Source: Bacteroidota bacterium
Lineage (GTDB): Bacteria; Bacteroidota; Ignavibacteria; UBA10030; JAHEZR01
NCBI GenBank assembly: GCA_049589195.1
Contig: JBAWAH010000042.1
Span: 2,354-66,353, forward strand
Direction of reading: 5' to 3'
DNA: 64,000 nt
The translations under genes and the position numbers were made by a program. Shown here piece by piece: positions 18,255 to 26,096 of the stretch (position 1 is the stretch's first letter; every line of letters starts with the position of its first letter). The notes under the pieces are model-generated. The model saw nothing but the letters and a program-made list of their open reading frames with translations, searched no databases and was not told where the DNA came from.

Positions 18255-18565
18255 TCTGAGTCCCGCCAGAAGCGGGACGAATCCCGAAGGGATCCCTTCG
18301 GGAGAGTCTCGTTGTTCCATCCGATTCTTCATCCCGCTGACGCGGGATTCAGAATGACAGGACGCCCCATTGGGCTCTCACACAAATGCCATCCCTTCGG
18401 GACTGTCCTACCCGACAACCCCAGGGTAGGACAGGACTCCGTCCTGTCCCGATTGGACGGGAATGGATTCCCGTCCTACCAAATGATTCCCTGGGCAGGA
18501 TAGATCTGCGACTCGTAGAGACTCTTTCCTATCCGGGGAGACAGGAGAGGACCTCCTGTCCTACC
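18255..18565. repeat. Dense cluster of at least 7 short GC-rich perfect hairpins, REP/MITE-like or a structured RNA.
   Basis: The hairpins are: GTCCCGC-cagaa-GCGGGAC (18260-78); CCCGAAGG-gatc-CCTTCGGG (18283-302); ATCCCGC-tgac-GCGGGAT (18331-48); GTCCTACCC...GGGTAGGAC (18405-32); GGACAGGAC-tcc-GTCCTGTCC (18430-50); GGACGGGAAT-gg-ATTCCCGTCC (18456-77); GACAGGAG-aggac-CTCCTGTC (~18538-58). Confidence 0.45.
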
Positions 18566-18581
18566 AGAGATGCGGCCATGC

Positions 18582-18614
18582 AAAAAAAATGGCTCGCGTT
18601 TGGCGAGCCATTCT
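18582..18614 (-). terminator. Intrinsic terminator of the toxin-antitoxin operon. This is copy A of a duplicated hairpin.
   Basis: The + strand reads AAAAAAAATGGCTCGC-gtttg-GCGAGCCATT. On the - strand this is a 10-bp stem followed by U8, directly after the RelE-like stop. Confidence 0.55.
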
Positions 18615-18666
18615 CAAGATCAGAACCGGAAGAAGGCTTGCTCGGTTCGGAATCCTTGTGACCGAA

Positions 18667-18927
18667 TTACTTCCTGTACGCTTCCTTTCGATGCAGTATG
18701 CGATAGATCACTACCTTCTTATTCCGATCATCGATTTCTAGGAGGACACGATAATCTCCCACTCGGATGCGCCATTCATCCCTTGTTCCCAGTAGTTTTC
18801 GGATCTGTGGTGGCCTGGCGTTTTCTTCGAACTGGTTAATCATCCTGTCTGCCCGTCTGCGAATCTGTTCTGGCAATTCCTCGAGCTGCCGGGAAGCTGT
18901 ACCTGTGAGAAGTACAGTATACTTCAA
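18667..18927 (-). CDS. Type II toxin, RelE/ParE family.
   Basis: The translation is MKYTVLLTGTASRQLEELPEQIRRRADRMINQFEENARPP...WRIRVGDYRVLLEIDDRNKKVVIYRILHRKEAY, which carries the ParE/RelE core. The start overlaps the upstream antitoxin stop (ATGA). Confidence 0.75.
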   Translation of the reverse strand: MKYTVLLTGTASRQLEELPEQIRRRADRMINQFEENARPPQIRKLLGTRDEWRIRVGDYRVLLEIDDRNKKVVIYRILHRKEAYRK

Positions 18928-19157
18928 AGCTTGCCTTTGGCTCGGAGAGACTTACGAACTTCTCGATAAGGAAGTAACGTGTCTTTGCCGGTCCTTATTT
19001 CGTTCTTCGCCCGTTGAATCTCAAGAGAGTCTTTAAGGTCCTCGATAAGGCTGTGTAGCGCCTTGTACTCCTTTATAGGGAGAATCACCTCTCTTGGCTT
19101 CCCGTTGCGCTTGATGATTCGGGCCTTCTGAGGCAGAGCCATTGTCTTGTCAGCCAT
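18924..19157 (-). CDS. Type II antitoxin, Phd/YefM (or RelB)-like.
   Basis: It is 77 aa with ...KARIIKRNGKPREVILPIKEYKALHSLIEDLKDSLEI.... It is translationally coupled to the RelE/ParE gene. Confidence 0.55.
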   Translation of the reverse strand: MADKTMALPQKARIIKRNGKPREVILPIKEYKALHSLIEDLKDSLEIQRAKNEIRTGKDTLLPYREVRKSLRAKGKL

Positions 19158-19212
19158 CTCGCTCTCTCTCCAGATTGTGAAATAAGATACCGAAGTTATT
19201 CTTGAGAGTCAA

Positions 19213-19250
19213 AACAAAAAACGGCTCGCGTTTGGCGAGCCATTTCTTTA
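19213..19250 (-). terminator. Intrinsic terminator downstream of nrdJ. This is copy B of the duplicated hairpin.
   Basis: The + strand reads AAAACAAAAAACGGCTCGC-gtttg-GCGAGCCATTTCTTT. It shares the 22-nt core GGCTCGCGTTTGGCGAGCCATT with copy A. On the - strand the hairpin is followed by UUUUUUGUUUU. Confidence 0.5.
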
Positions 19251-19344
19251 TCAAGTACAAATCTCTCCGTCCCGCCTTCGTCCCGGAAAATCGGGACTTC
19301 GGCGGGTAAACCCGCCGAAGCTCGAAGAGCGCAGGCGGGGTAAA

Positions 19345-19490
19345 TCGAGACTTCAGGAACAGCCAGACGGTTCTCCATCCGCCAAGCAGATGGCGAGATG
19401 TCGAGACTTCAGGAACAGCCTGACGTCTCTCCATCCGCCAAACAGATGGCGAGATGTCGAGACTTCAGGAACAACCTGAAGTCTCTCCAC
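19345..19490. repeat. Tandem 56-nt repeat (2.6 copies), each unit containing an 11-bp hairpin. It overlaps the nrdJ stop codon.
   Basis: The units are 19345-19400, 19401-19456 and a partial unit 19457-19490. The core is GAGACTTCAGG-aaca(g/a)-CCTGA(C/A)GTCTC followed by TCCATCCGCCAA(G/A)CAGATGGCGAGATGTC. The spacer portions are identical between units, so this is not CRISPR-like. Confidence 0.6.
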
Positions 19491-22212
19491 AATTCAGACA
19501 CTTGTAGCAGTTGCCGCTCCTCACCATAATGCTGCCGCAGTCATGGCAGGAAGGGGAGTCGGCCTGAGCCTGGAAGACGATCTTCTCATTTGATTCCATC
19601 GTCCCAGGAACCCTGGCCGTATCGCCTGCGAGCCTGTCCTTTTCCGATGCATTAAGCGAATCGGACATCGTCACAACCGGCTGTTCGTCTTTCGGGAGGA
19701 ATTTCAGTCCGAGCCATCGGAAGATGTAGTCACAGAGTGACTTGGCGATAGGAATCTCTTTGTTGTTCGTGAAGCCGCTCGGCTCGAATCGCATGTGGCT
19801 GAACTTGTCCACCAGGATTCTCAAAGGAACTCCGTACTGGAGCGCGAGCGAAACGGCTGTGGCGAACCCGTCCATAAGCCCTGAGATGGTCGAGCCTTCC
19901 TTCGACATCGTGATGAAGACCTCCCCAGGCTTGCCATCCTCGTAGGTTCCCACGGTTATATAGCCTTCGTGGCCCGCAATACTGAATTTATGGGTGATAG
20001 ACTTCCTCTCGTCGGGCAAACGCCGTCGTTGAGGCTTAAATTTCGGTTTCTCAGGGGTCTCTTTTGAGGTGCTGACCGGTTGAGTGCGCTTGCAGCCGTC
20101 GCGGTAGACCGCAATAGCCTTCAGGCCGAGCTTCCATGCTTCAATGTATGTCTGGGAGATGTCATCGGGCGTGACGTCATTGGGCATGTTCACGGTTTTG
20201 GAGATTGCACCCGAAAGGTACGGTTGGGTGGCGGCCATCATCCTGACGTGACCCATATAATGGATCGATCGCATTCCTTTTTTCGGTTTGAAGGCGCAAT
20301 CAAACACAGCGAGATCTTCTTCATTCAAGTATGGAGCGCCCTCGATCGTGTCATTCTTGTCGATGAAAGCGATGATGTGCTCGATCTGCTCTTTGTTATA
20401 TCCCAGCTTCTGGAGCGCCTCTGGAACAGTGTGGTTAACAATCTTCAAGAAGCCGCCGCCGACGAGTTTCTTATACTTCACAAGCGCGATGTCCGGCTCC
20501 ACCCCGGTCGTGTCGCAATCCATCATGAACCCGATTGTGCCGGTTGGGGCGAGGACCGTTGCCTGGGAGTTTCGGAAGCCGTACTCTGACCCCAGTGTGT
20601 ATACATCTTTCCAGACGCTGGTTGCAGCTGTGTACAAATCCTCGGGGACGAAGCTGCCATCAACCTTCTCGGCATAAAGACCGTGCTTCAGAATGACGTC
20701 GAGCATCGGCTCTCGGTTGACTGTGAATCCGTTGAACGGACTGAGCACCTTTGCTAGTAACGCTGACTGTTTGTACGCTTGGCCGCACATGAGAGAGGTC
20801 ACAGCGGCGGCGTACGCTCGGGCACCGTTTGAATCGTACGGGAGACCACGTGACATCAGCAATGCGCCGAGGTTTGCGTAACCCAAGCCGAGGGGACGAA
20901 AGTCGTAGCTGTTCCGTTCGATAGCCGGCGTTGGATAGCTTGCATTGTCCACCAAAATCTCTTGTGCAGTAATGACGATATCGACGGCATGCTTGAAGGT
21001 ATCGATATCGAATTCTCCATCTTCTCTTCGAAACTTCATGAGGTTGAGAGAAGCAAGGTTGCATGCCGTGTCGTCAAGGAACATGTACTCGCTGCACGGA
21101 TTGGATGCATTGATCGGGGCAGTATTCCGGCACGTATGCCAGTTGTTGATCGTCGTATGGAATTGCAGGCCGGGATCACCACAGATCCACGCAGCCTCAG
21201 CGATCTCCTTCATCAAGTCGCGTGCCTGGTACGCTCCCATCACCTTACCCGTCGTGATCGCCTTCGTGTACCATTCCTTGTCCTCAAGGAGAGCGCGCAT
21301 AAACTCATCTGTAACGCGGACTGAGTGATTGGCATTTTGGTAGTTGATCGAGTCGTAGGCACCACCCGGCACGTTAAACCCGACGTTGTAGCCAGCTTCG
21401 ATGAGCGCCCAGGCTTTCTTTTCTTCTTCAGCTTTGCAGTGAATGAATTCGAAAATGTCCGGATGGTCGGCGTTGAGGATGACCATCTTTGCAGCACGTC
21501 GAGTCTTCCCACCCGACTTGATTACGCCCGCAAACGCATCATAGCCTTTCATGAAGGAGACAGGTCCGCTCGCGATTCCCCCGCCCGAGAGACTCTCTTT
21601 TGAAGAACGAAGAGTCGAGAGGTTCGTCCCGGTTCCCGAACCCCACTTGAACAGCCGCCCTTCCGTCTTTGCAAGATCCAGAATTGAATCCATTTTGTCC
21701 TGGACCGAATTGATGAAGCATGCAGAACACTGCGGACGGTCTTCGACACCGACATTGAACCACACCGGACTGTTGAAGGCTGCGTATTGATTGACAAGCA
21801 AGTATGTCAGCTCGGAATAAAACGTATCTGCGTCTTCCTCCGAGGCGAAATACTTTCCTTTTCTTCCCCAGTCCGTGATTGTCTTGGAAACTCTGTCAAT
21901 GAGTTCCTTCACACTTCGCTCGCGCGCTGGTGTATTGATTTTTCCATGGAAGTACTTTGAGGAAACGACATTCGTCGCCGTCATCGACCAAGACGTTGGG
22001 ACCTCAACGTTTTTCTGCTCGAAGAGTACCTCGCCCTTCTCATTCGAGATCGCCGCGTTGCGAAGTTCCCACACGATATCATCGAAGGGATGTATTCCTT
22101 TCTTTAAGAAAAGCCTGTGAAACGTGAGTCCTTGGGCGGTTTTCGCCTCGACCGAGGAGGGCGTGGAAGCTACGTCGACCTGATTTGCAGCAAAGGATTC
22201 ATCGCTCGCCAT
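19465..22212 (-). CDS. nrdJ: Adenosylcobalamin-dependent (class II) ribonucleotide reductase.
   Basis: It is 915 aa. It carries RNR large-subunit blocks (...NSCSEYMFLDDTACNLASLNL..., ...VNRGDPGL-like region ICGDPGLQFHTTINNWHTC) and the class II architecture. The C-terminus is a zinc ribbon CHDCGSIMVRSGNCYKCLNCGETSGCS. Confidence 0.85.
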   Translation of the reverse strand: MASDESFAANQVDVASTPSSVEAKTAQGLTFHRLFLKKGIHPFDDIVWELRNAAISNEKGEVLFEQKNVEVPTSWSMTATNVVSSKYFHGKINTPARERSVKELIDRVSKTITDWGRKGKYFASEEDADTFYSELTYLLVNQYAAFNSPVWFNVGVEDRPQCSACFINSVQDKMDSILDLAKTEGRLFKWGSGTGTNLSTLRSSKESLSGGGIASGPVSFMKGYDAFAGVIKSGGKTRRAAKMVILNADHPDIFEFIHCKAEEEKKAWALIEAGYNVGFNVPGGAYDSINYQNANHSVRVTDEFMRALLEDKEWYTKAITTGKVMGAYQARDLMKEIAEAAWICGDPGLQFHTTINNWHTCRNTAPINASNPCSEYMFLDDTACNLASLNLMKFRREDGEFDIDTFKHAVDIVITAQEILVDNASYPTPAIERNSYDFRPLGLGYANLGALLMSRGLPYDSNGARAYAAAVTSLMCGQAYKQSALLAKVLSPFNGFTVNREPMLDVILKHGLYAEKVDGSFVPEDLYTAATSVWKDVYTLGSEYGFRNSQATVLAPTGTIGFMMDCDTTGVEPDIALVKYKKLVGGGFLKIVNHTVPEALQKLGYNKEQIEHIIAFIDKNDTIEGAPYLNEEDLAVFDCAFKPKKGMRSIHYMGHVRMMAATQPYLSGAISKTVNMPNDVTPDDISQTYIEAWKLGLKAIAVYRDGCKRTQPVSTSKETPEKPKFKPQRRRLPDERKSITHKFSIAGHEGYITVGTYEDGKPGEVFITMSKEGSTISGLMDGFATAVSLALQYGVPLRILVDKFSHMRFEPSGFTNNKEIPIAKSLCDYIFRWLGLKFLPKDEQPVVTMSDSLNASEKDRLAGDTARVPGTMESNEKIVFQAQADSPSCHDCGSIMVRSGNCYKCLNCGETSGCS

Positions 22213-22575
22213 ATGGTTCCCCGTTGTGGATCAGTGCCTGGAAAATGTTGCAGAAAAAAACAATACCACTCTGTGCTCAGAGACTTGTCAGAGTGGTCTT
22301 GGGATTATACCTGATTAACTATACGAAGAATAATGAAGAAGGGTGCCAAACACGACAGCAAACTGCATTGGAAAGCACTTCCTCTTTAAAACAAACTTAG
22401 GAGGGTGAAATCGTGAATCAGAGTTGTGCAAAAGATAAAAAGTTATGAAGAAGAAGTCAAGTGAAAAATTCACAAACGGGAAAAACTTCTTGATTCTTTA
22501 TGCAACTTCTCTTACCTTCATGCCATCAATTCGTATGCCAGTTCGCCACAGGCGGACAGCTCGGAGTCTCCTTCC

Positions 22576-24393
22576 ATGAGTGTCATCTTCCCGTTCGAAA
22601 CGATCCCAGAGATGTTCATCCGAGTAACCGACCATTTCGCAGCGAGCGATAGGCCTTACTTGATGCACAAAGTCCAGGGACGATTTCGGGGATTATCGCA
22701 TGCAGAAGTCCGCAGGCGCGTCGAAGAATTTGCGCTCGGCTTAGCTGCTCTTGGCGTGGAAACGGGAGACCGCGTCGGAATCATCTCAGAAAGCCGCCCG
22801 GAGTGGGTAATTGCAGATCTTGGCACACTGTTTCTCGGTGCTTTTGACGTTCCCGTCTACCCGACGTTGACACCAAAGCAAATCGAATACATTTTCGACG
22901 ACGCTCAGGTGAAGGCTGTAATCGTTTCTAACCAATCCCAACTTTCAAAGATCCTAAGGGTACTCCCACATTTGAGAAGGATCAAGAATATCATCATCAT
23001 GGGAGACCAATATCCCGGGGGCGATGAATTGGTTCTGACGTTCCAACAGGTTTACACTCTCGGCAGGGAGTTCAGTTCGAAACATGATGGCTACCTGCGC
23101 CATTCACTCGAGCGAATACGGCCCGACGACCTTTGCACTGTCATTTACACGTCGGGTACGACTGGAAATCCTAAGGGTGTGATGTTGACTCATCATAATT
23201 TTGCCTCAAACATCATCGCTTCCGCGCAGGTGATTCCATTCAGTCAGGAGGATGTCCTACTCTCATACTTACCTTTGTGTCATTCCTTTGAAAGAATGGC
23301 TGGCTACTACACAGCAACGGCTTGTGGTGCTACGATCGCGTTTGCCGAGAGCATCGACACTGTTCGCGAGAACCTTCTCGAGGTACGGCCCACCGTTGTT
23401 ACGAGCGTTCCACGGCTGTTCGAGCGTTTCTATAATCAAATCCAAAGACAATTCGATGGCGCGTCCGCATTCGAGAGGAAGATATTTCACTGGGCACTTG
23501 ATGTTGGGCGAAGAAGTGTCAAGGCACGGCAGGCCGGGCTCGTGTCACCGTTTCTGGAAGCAAGGCATCGGATCGCAGACAAGCTGGTCTACCAGAAATT
23601 GAAAGCTCGGGTGGGTGGACGAATTCGCTTCTTTGTTTCCGGTGGTGCGGCGCTCGCGAAGGAGTTCGGCGAATTCTTTGAGGCGTTGGGGATAACGATC
23701 ATCGAAGGCTACGGCCTCACCGAGACCTCTCCTGTCATCACAGTCAACCCAATCGACGATTTCAAGTTTGGGACGGTTGGTAAACCAATACCCGGCGTCG
23801 AGGTGAAGATAGCTCCTGACGGCGAGATTCTTACGCGAGGGCCGCACGTGATGAGAGGCTACTGGAATGATCGAGACGGGACTCGCGAGGCAATCGAAAG
23901 AGATGGATGGTTTCACACTGGGGACATCGGGATGTTTGATTCAGAGGGCTATCTCGTCATCACCGATAGGAAGAAACATCTGTTTGTCAGCTCAGGTGGG
24001 AAGAACATCGCTCCTCAACCGATTGAAAGGCTCTTCCTTCAGAACAAATACATCGACCAGTTCATCTTGATCGGAGATCGACGGATGTTCCTCAGCGCTC
24101 TCATCGTTCCCGATTTCGATTCTCTCAAGCGATATGCTTCTTCACATGCGATTGGCTTTCACGATGAATCGGACCTGGTGAGAAAAGAGGAAATCGTTCG
24201 ATTCATGGAGAAGAATATCCAGGAGATGCAAGGTGATCTATCACATTATGAACGCGTGAGGAAATTCACGCTGCTCGACAAACCACTCACCATTGAGAAC
24301 GGGGAGATTACTCCTTCCCACAAAGTGCGGCGAGAAATCGTCGAGCAACGGTACGCGGATGCAATTGAGCGGATGTACAGTGGCCTGAAATGA
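22576..24393 (+). CDS. fadD: Long-chain fatty acid--CoA ligase (AMP-binding family).
   Basis: The AMP-binding motif TVIYTSGTTGNPKGVMLTHHN is present. The ...GYGLTETSP... and ...WFHTGDIGMFDSEGYLVITDRKKHLF... blocks are present. Confidence 0.85.
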   Translation: MSVIFPFETIPEMFIRVTDHFAASDRPYLMHKVQGRFRGLSHAEVRRRVEEFALGLAALGVETGDRVGIISESRPEWVIADLGTLFLGAFDVPVYPTLTPKQIEYIFDDAQVKAVIVSNQSQLSKILRVLPHLRRIKNIIIMGDQYPGGDELVLTFQQVYTLGREFSSKHDGYLRHSLERIRPDDLCTVIYTSGTTGNPKGVMLTHHNFASNIIASAQVIPFSQEDVLLSYLPLCHSFERMAGYYTATACGATIAFAESIDTVRENLLEVRPTVVTSVPRLFERFYNQIQRQFDGASAFERKIFHWALDVGRRSVKARQAGLVSPFLEARHRIADKLVYQKLKARVGGRIRFFVSGGAALAKEFGEFFEALGITIIEGYGLTETSPVITVNPIDDFKFGTVGKPIPGVEVKIAPDGEILTRGPHVMRGYWNDRDGTREAIERDGWFHTGDIGMFDSEGYLVITDRKKHLFVSSGGKNIAPQPIERLFLQNKYIDQFILIGDRRMFLSALIVPDFDSLKRYASSHAIGFHDESDLVRKEEIVRFMEKNIQEMQGDLSHYERVRKFTLLDKPLTIENGEITPSHKVRREIVEQRYADAIERMYSGLK

Positions 24394-24553
24394 GCTGCGG
24401 CGCATCTGTCTAGGCTGCATTCGTGTTCTTTAGAGTGTTCCTTTTTGGTGAAGCCAACCATCAATTCTGTTGGCTTTTTGCATACTTTGGGCTCCTGTGA
24501 GAATGAACCTGTCCAACGCAGGCGGCGTCTAACCTTTAGTTCTGAGCCACTGG

Positions 24554-25189
24554 ATGAAAGAGGTCTACGACCCCGTAAGGGATTTCGATCTCGTCGAGAG
24601 GTTCAAACGTGGCGACCAGAGCGCTTTTGACGAGCTAACAAAGAAGCACTACCAGCGCGTGTGCAACATCCTCTTTCATACGCTCGGGGCTTCGCCAAAC
24701 ATCGAAGATTTGGCACAGGAAGTTTTCATTAAGGCTTACTACTCCTTACGGCGATACAGAGGTGAATCAGCTCTCTCGACATGGCTCTACCGGATTACCG
24801 TTAACGTTGCACTGGACGAGTTGCGCCGGGAGAAACGGAGGCGCGTTTTTTCATTCACACGAACGGGTGAACGAGGGCTCTCTGAGAGCGAGATCGCAGG
24901 ATCGGTTGCTGGGGGAGAAAGATCGGACGTCGCAGCGGAGCGGGGGGAGCTTTATGAGATTGTCCAACGCGCGTTGAAGAAAATTCCTATGAAGCATCGG
25001 GTGGTTTTTGCCCTCCGCGAAATTGAAGGGTACTCGTATTCGGAGATTGCAGAGATGGTTTCGTGCAGTGTCGGAACAGTGAAGTCGCGGTTGTTTCATG
25101 CTCGACTCAAGTTACGGCGATATCTGGAACCCTATTTGAGAGAGAGAACGTTAGACGATAAGAGACCTGCGCGTGGCCAGCGAGCATAG
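24554..25189 (+). CDS. ECF-subfamily RNA polymerase sigma-70 factor.
   Basis: Region 2 reads FDELTKKHYQRVCNILFHTLGASPNIEDLAQEVFIKAYYSLRRYRGESALSTWLYRITVNVALDELRR. The region 4 HTH reads REIEGYSYSEIAEMVSCSVGTVKSRLFHARLKLRRYL. Confidence 0.85.
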   Translation: MKEVYDPVRDFDLVERFKRGDQSAFDELTKKHYQRVCNILFHTLGASPNIEDLAQEVFIKAYYSLRRYRGESALSTWLYRITVNVALDELRREKRRRVFSFTRTGERGLSESEIAGSVAGGERSDVAAERGELYEIVQRALKKIPMKHRVVFALREIEGYSYSEIAEMVSCSVGTVKSRLFHARLKLRRYLEPYLRERTLDDKRPARGQRA

Positions 25190-25208
25190 ACGATCAGAAG
25201 GGAGACAT

Positions 25209-25691
25209 ATGAGACTCCAACACAGAAAGCACCAGGTCTTGATCTCGGCGCTAGTCGATGGGGAGCTAGAGGATGATGAACGCCAAGAGCTTGAGGAGCA
25301 CGTCAGTGTGTGTGCAGAGTGTGAGAGGTTGCTCAGCGACTTCCGATTATTGAAGGAGGTGGGCACCGGTGCAAAACCTTTCCCGGGCAACCCATTCTAT
25401 CTTACCCGCCTAAGAGCGGCGCTGGGCAGGGCAACTGCAATTCCGTGGGGAGCATCAGAAATCGAGGCGAAGCTGTTCGGTCCCCTCTTCACAATCCTCT
25501 TGCTGGGGCTCATTCTGCTTCTCACCATGACCGAGCGGCGAGGAGCCATCGCCCCTGAAGAGTACCTCTTCGGAGGTCGGAGAACGCTGGTCGAGCAGCA
25601 ATTGCTGTCGCGGTCGGGGCAGGTCTCCAAGGATGAGGTGCTTCTATTGACGGTCTCTACTCAAAGACGAGAGGAGCTATACGGACGATGA
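25209..25691 (+). CDS. Anti-sigma factor with an N-terminal zf-HC2 zinc finger and one TM helix.
   Basis: The sequence MRLQHRKHQVLISALVDGELEDDERQELEEHVSVCAECERL carries the HxxxCxxC motif. It lies immediately downstream of the ECF sigma gene. A TM segment LFGPLFTILLLGLILLLTM is present. Confidence 0.6.
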   Translation: MRLQHRKHQVLISALVDGELEDDERQELEEHVSVCAECERLLSDFRLLKEVGTGAKPFPGNPFYLTRLRAALGRATAIPWGASEIEAKLFGPLFTILLLGLILLLTMTERRGAIAPEEYLFGGRRTLVEQQLLSRSGQVSKDEVLLLTVSTQRREELYGR

Positions 25692-26068
25692 CACCTCAGA
25701 CGAAAGCATTCTTGACGATTCTGGTCAGCATCCTGATCGGTGGTGTCGCCGGAGTTCTCGTTGATCAAGCATTCTTGGTGAGGTCGTTCAGGGTCTTCAG
25801 TTCTTCCAGCCCTTACGTAAGATTCAAGACCCGCGTGATCAATGACCTCGGCTTGACTCCAGCACAGCAGACGCAGCTCGAAGAGCTTCTGCAACGTCGG
25901 CAGGAAGCGTTCAACGGCTTCAGGAAGAACATTGAGTCAAGGTACATGGCGATGAGGGAGGTGACAAGCGATTCAATCCGTGACCTGCTCACGCCGGAAC
26001 AACAGTCGAAATTTGAAGCCTTGGTGAAGGAATTCGACAGCAGTTACAGACACCAGGAAAAAAGGTGA
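25688..26068 (+). CDS. Periplasmic LTXXQ-motif protein (Spy/CpxP-like stress protein).
   Basis: A signal/TM region is followed by LTPAQQTQLEELLQRR...LLTPEQQSKFEALVKEF, two LTxxQ motifs. Confidence 0.5.
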   Translation: MTPQTKAFLTILVSILIGGVAGVLVDQAFLVRSFRVFSSSSPYVRFKTRVINDLGLTPAQQTQLEELLQRRQEAFNGFRKNIESRYMAMREVTSDSIRDLLTPEQQSKFEALVKEFDSSYRHQEKR

Positions 26069-26096
26069 ACCAAGGAAAGGAGCATACAGGAACTTC

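Noticed and set aside
18165-18661. ORF-track ORFs 18165..18503 (+), 18386..18661 (+), 18132..18332 (-) in the hairpin cluster.
   Set aside because: They are read through stacked perfect palindromes. They give Arg/Pro/Gly-rich low-complexity peptides and have no RBS or start context. They are far better explained as non-coding repeat DNA.
19345-19490. Tandem direct repeats with hairpins looked superficially CRISPR-like.
   Set aside because: The spacer segments between hairpins are identical between units, there are only ~2.6 copies, and there are no cas genes. It is a tandem duplication (minisatellite), not a CRISPR array.
20080-21328. Several 120-170-aa + strand ORFs (20080..20589, 20288..20677, 20945..21328, 20962..21324).
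   Set aside because: All lie inside and antisense to nrdJ (19465..22212, -), whose product is unambiguous. They are shadow ORFs of a GC-rich gene.
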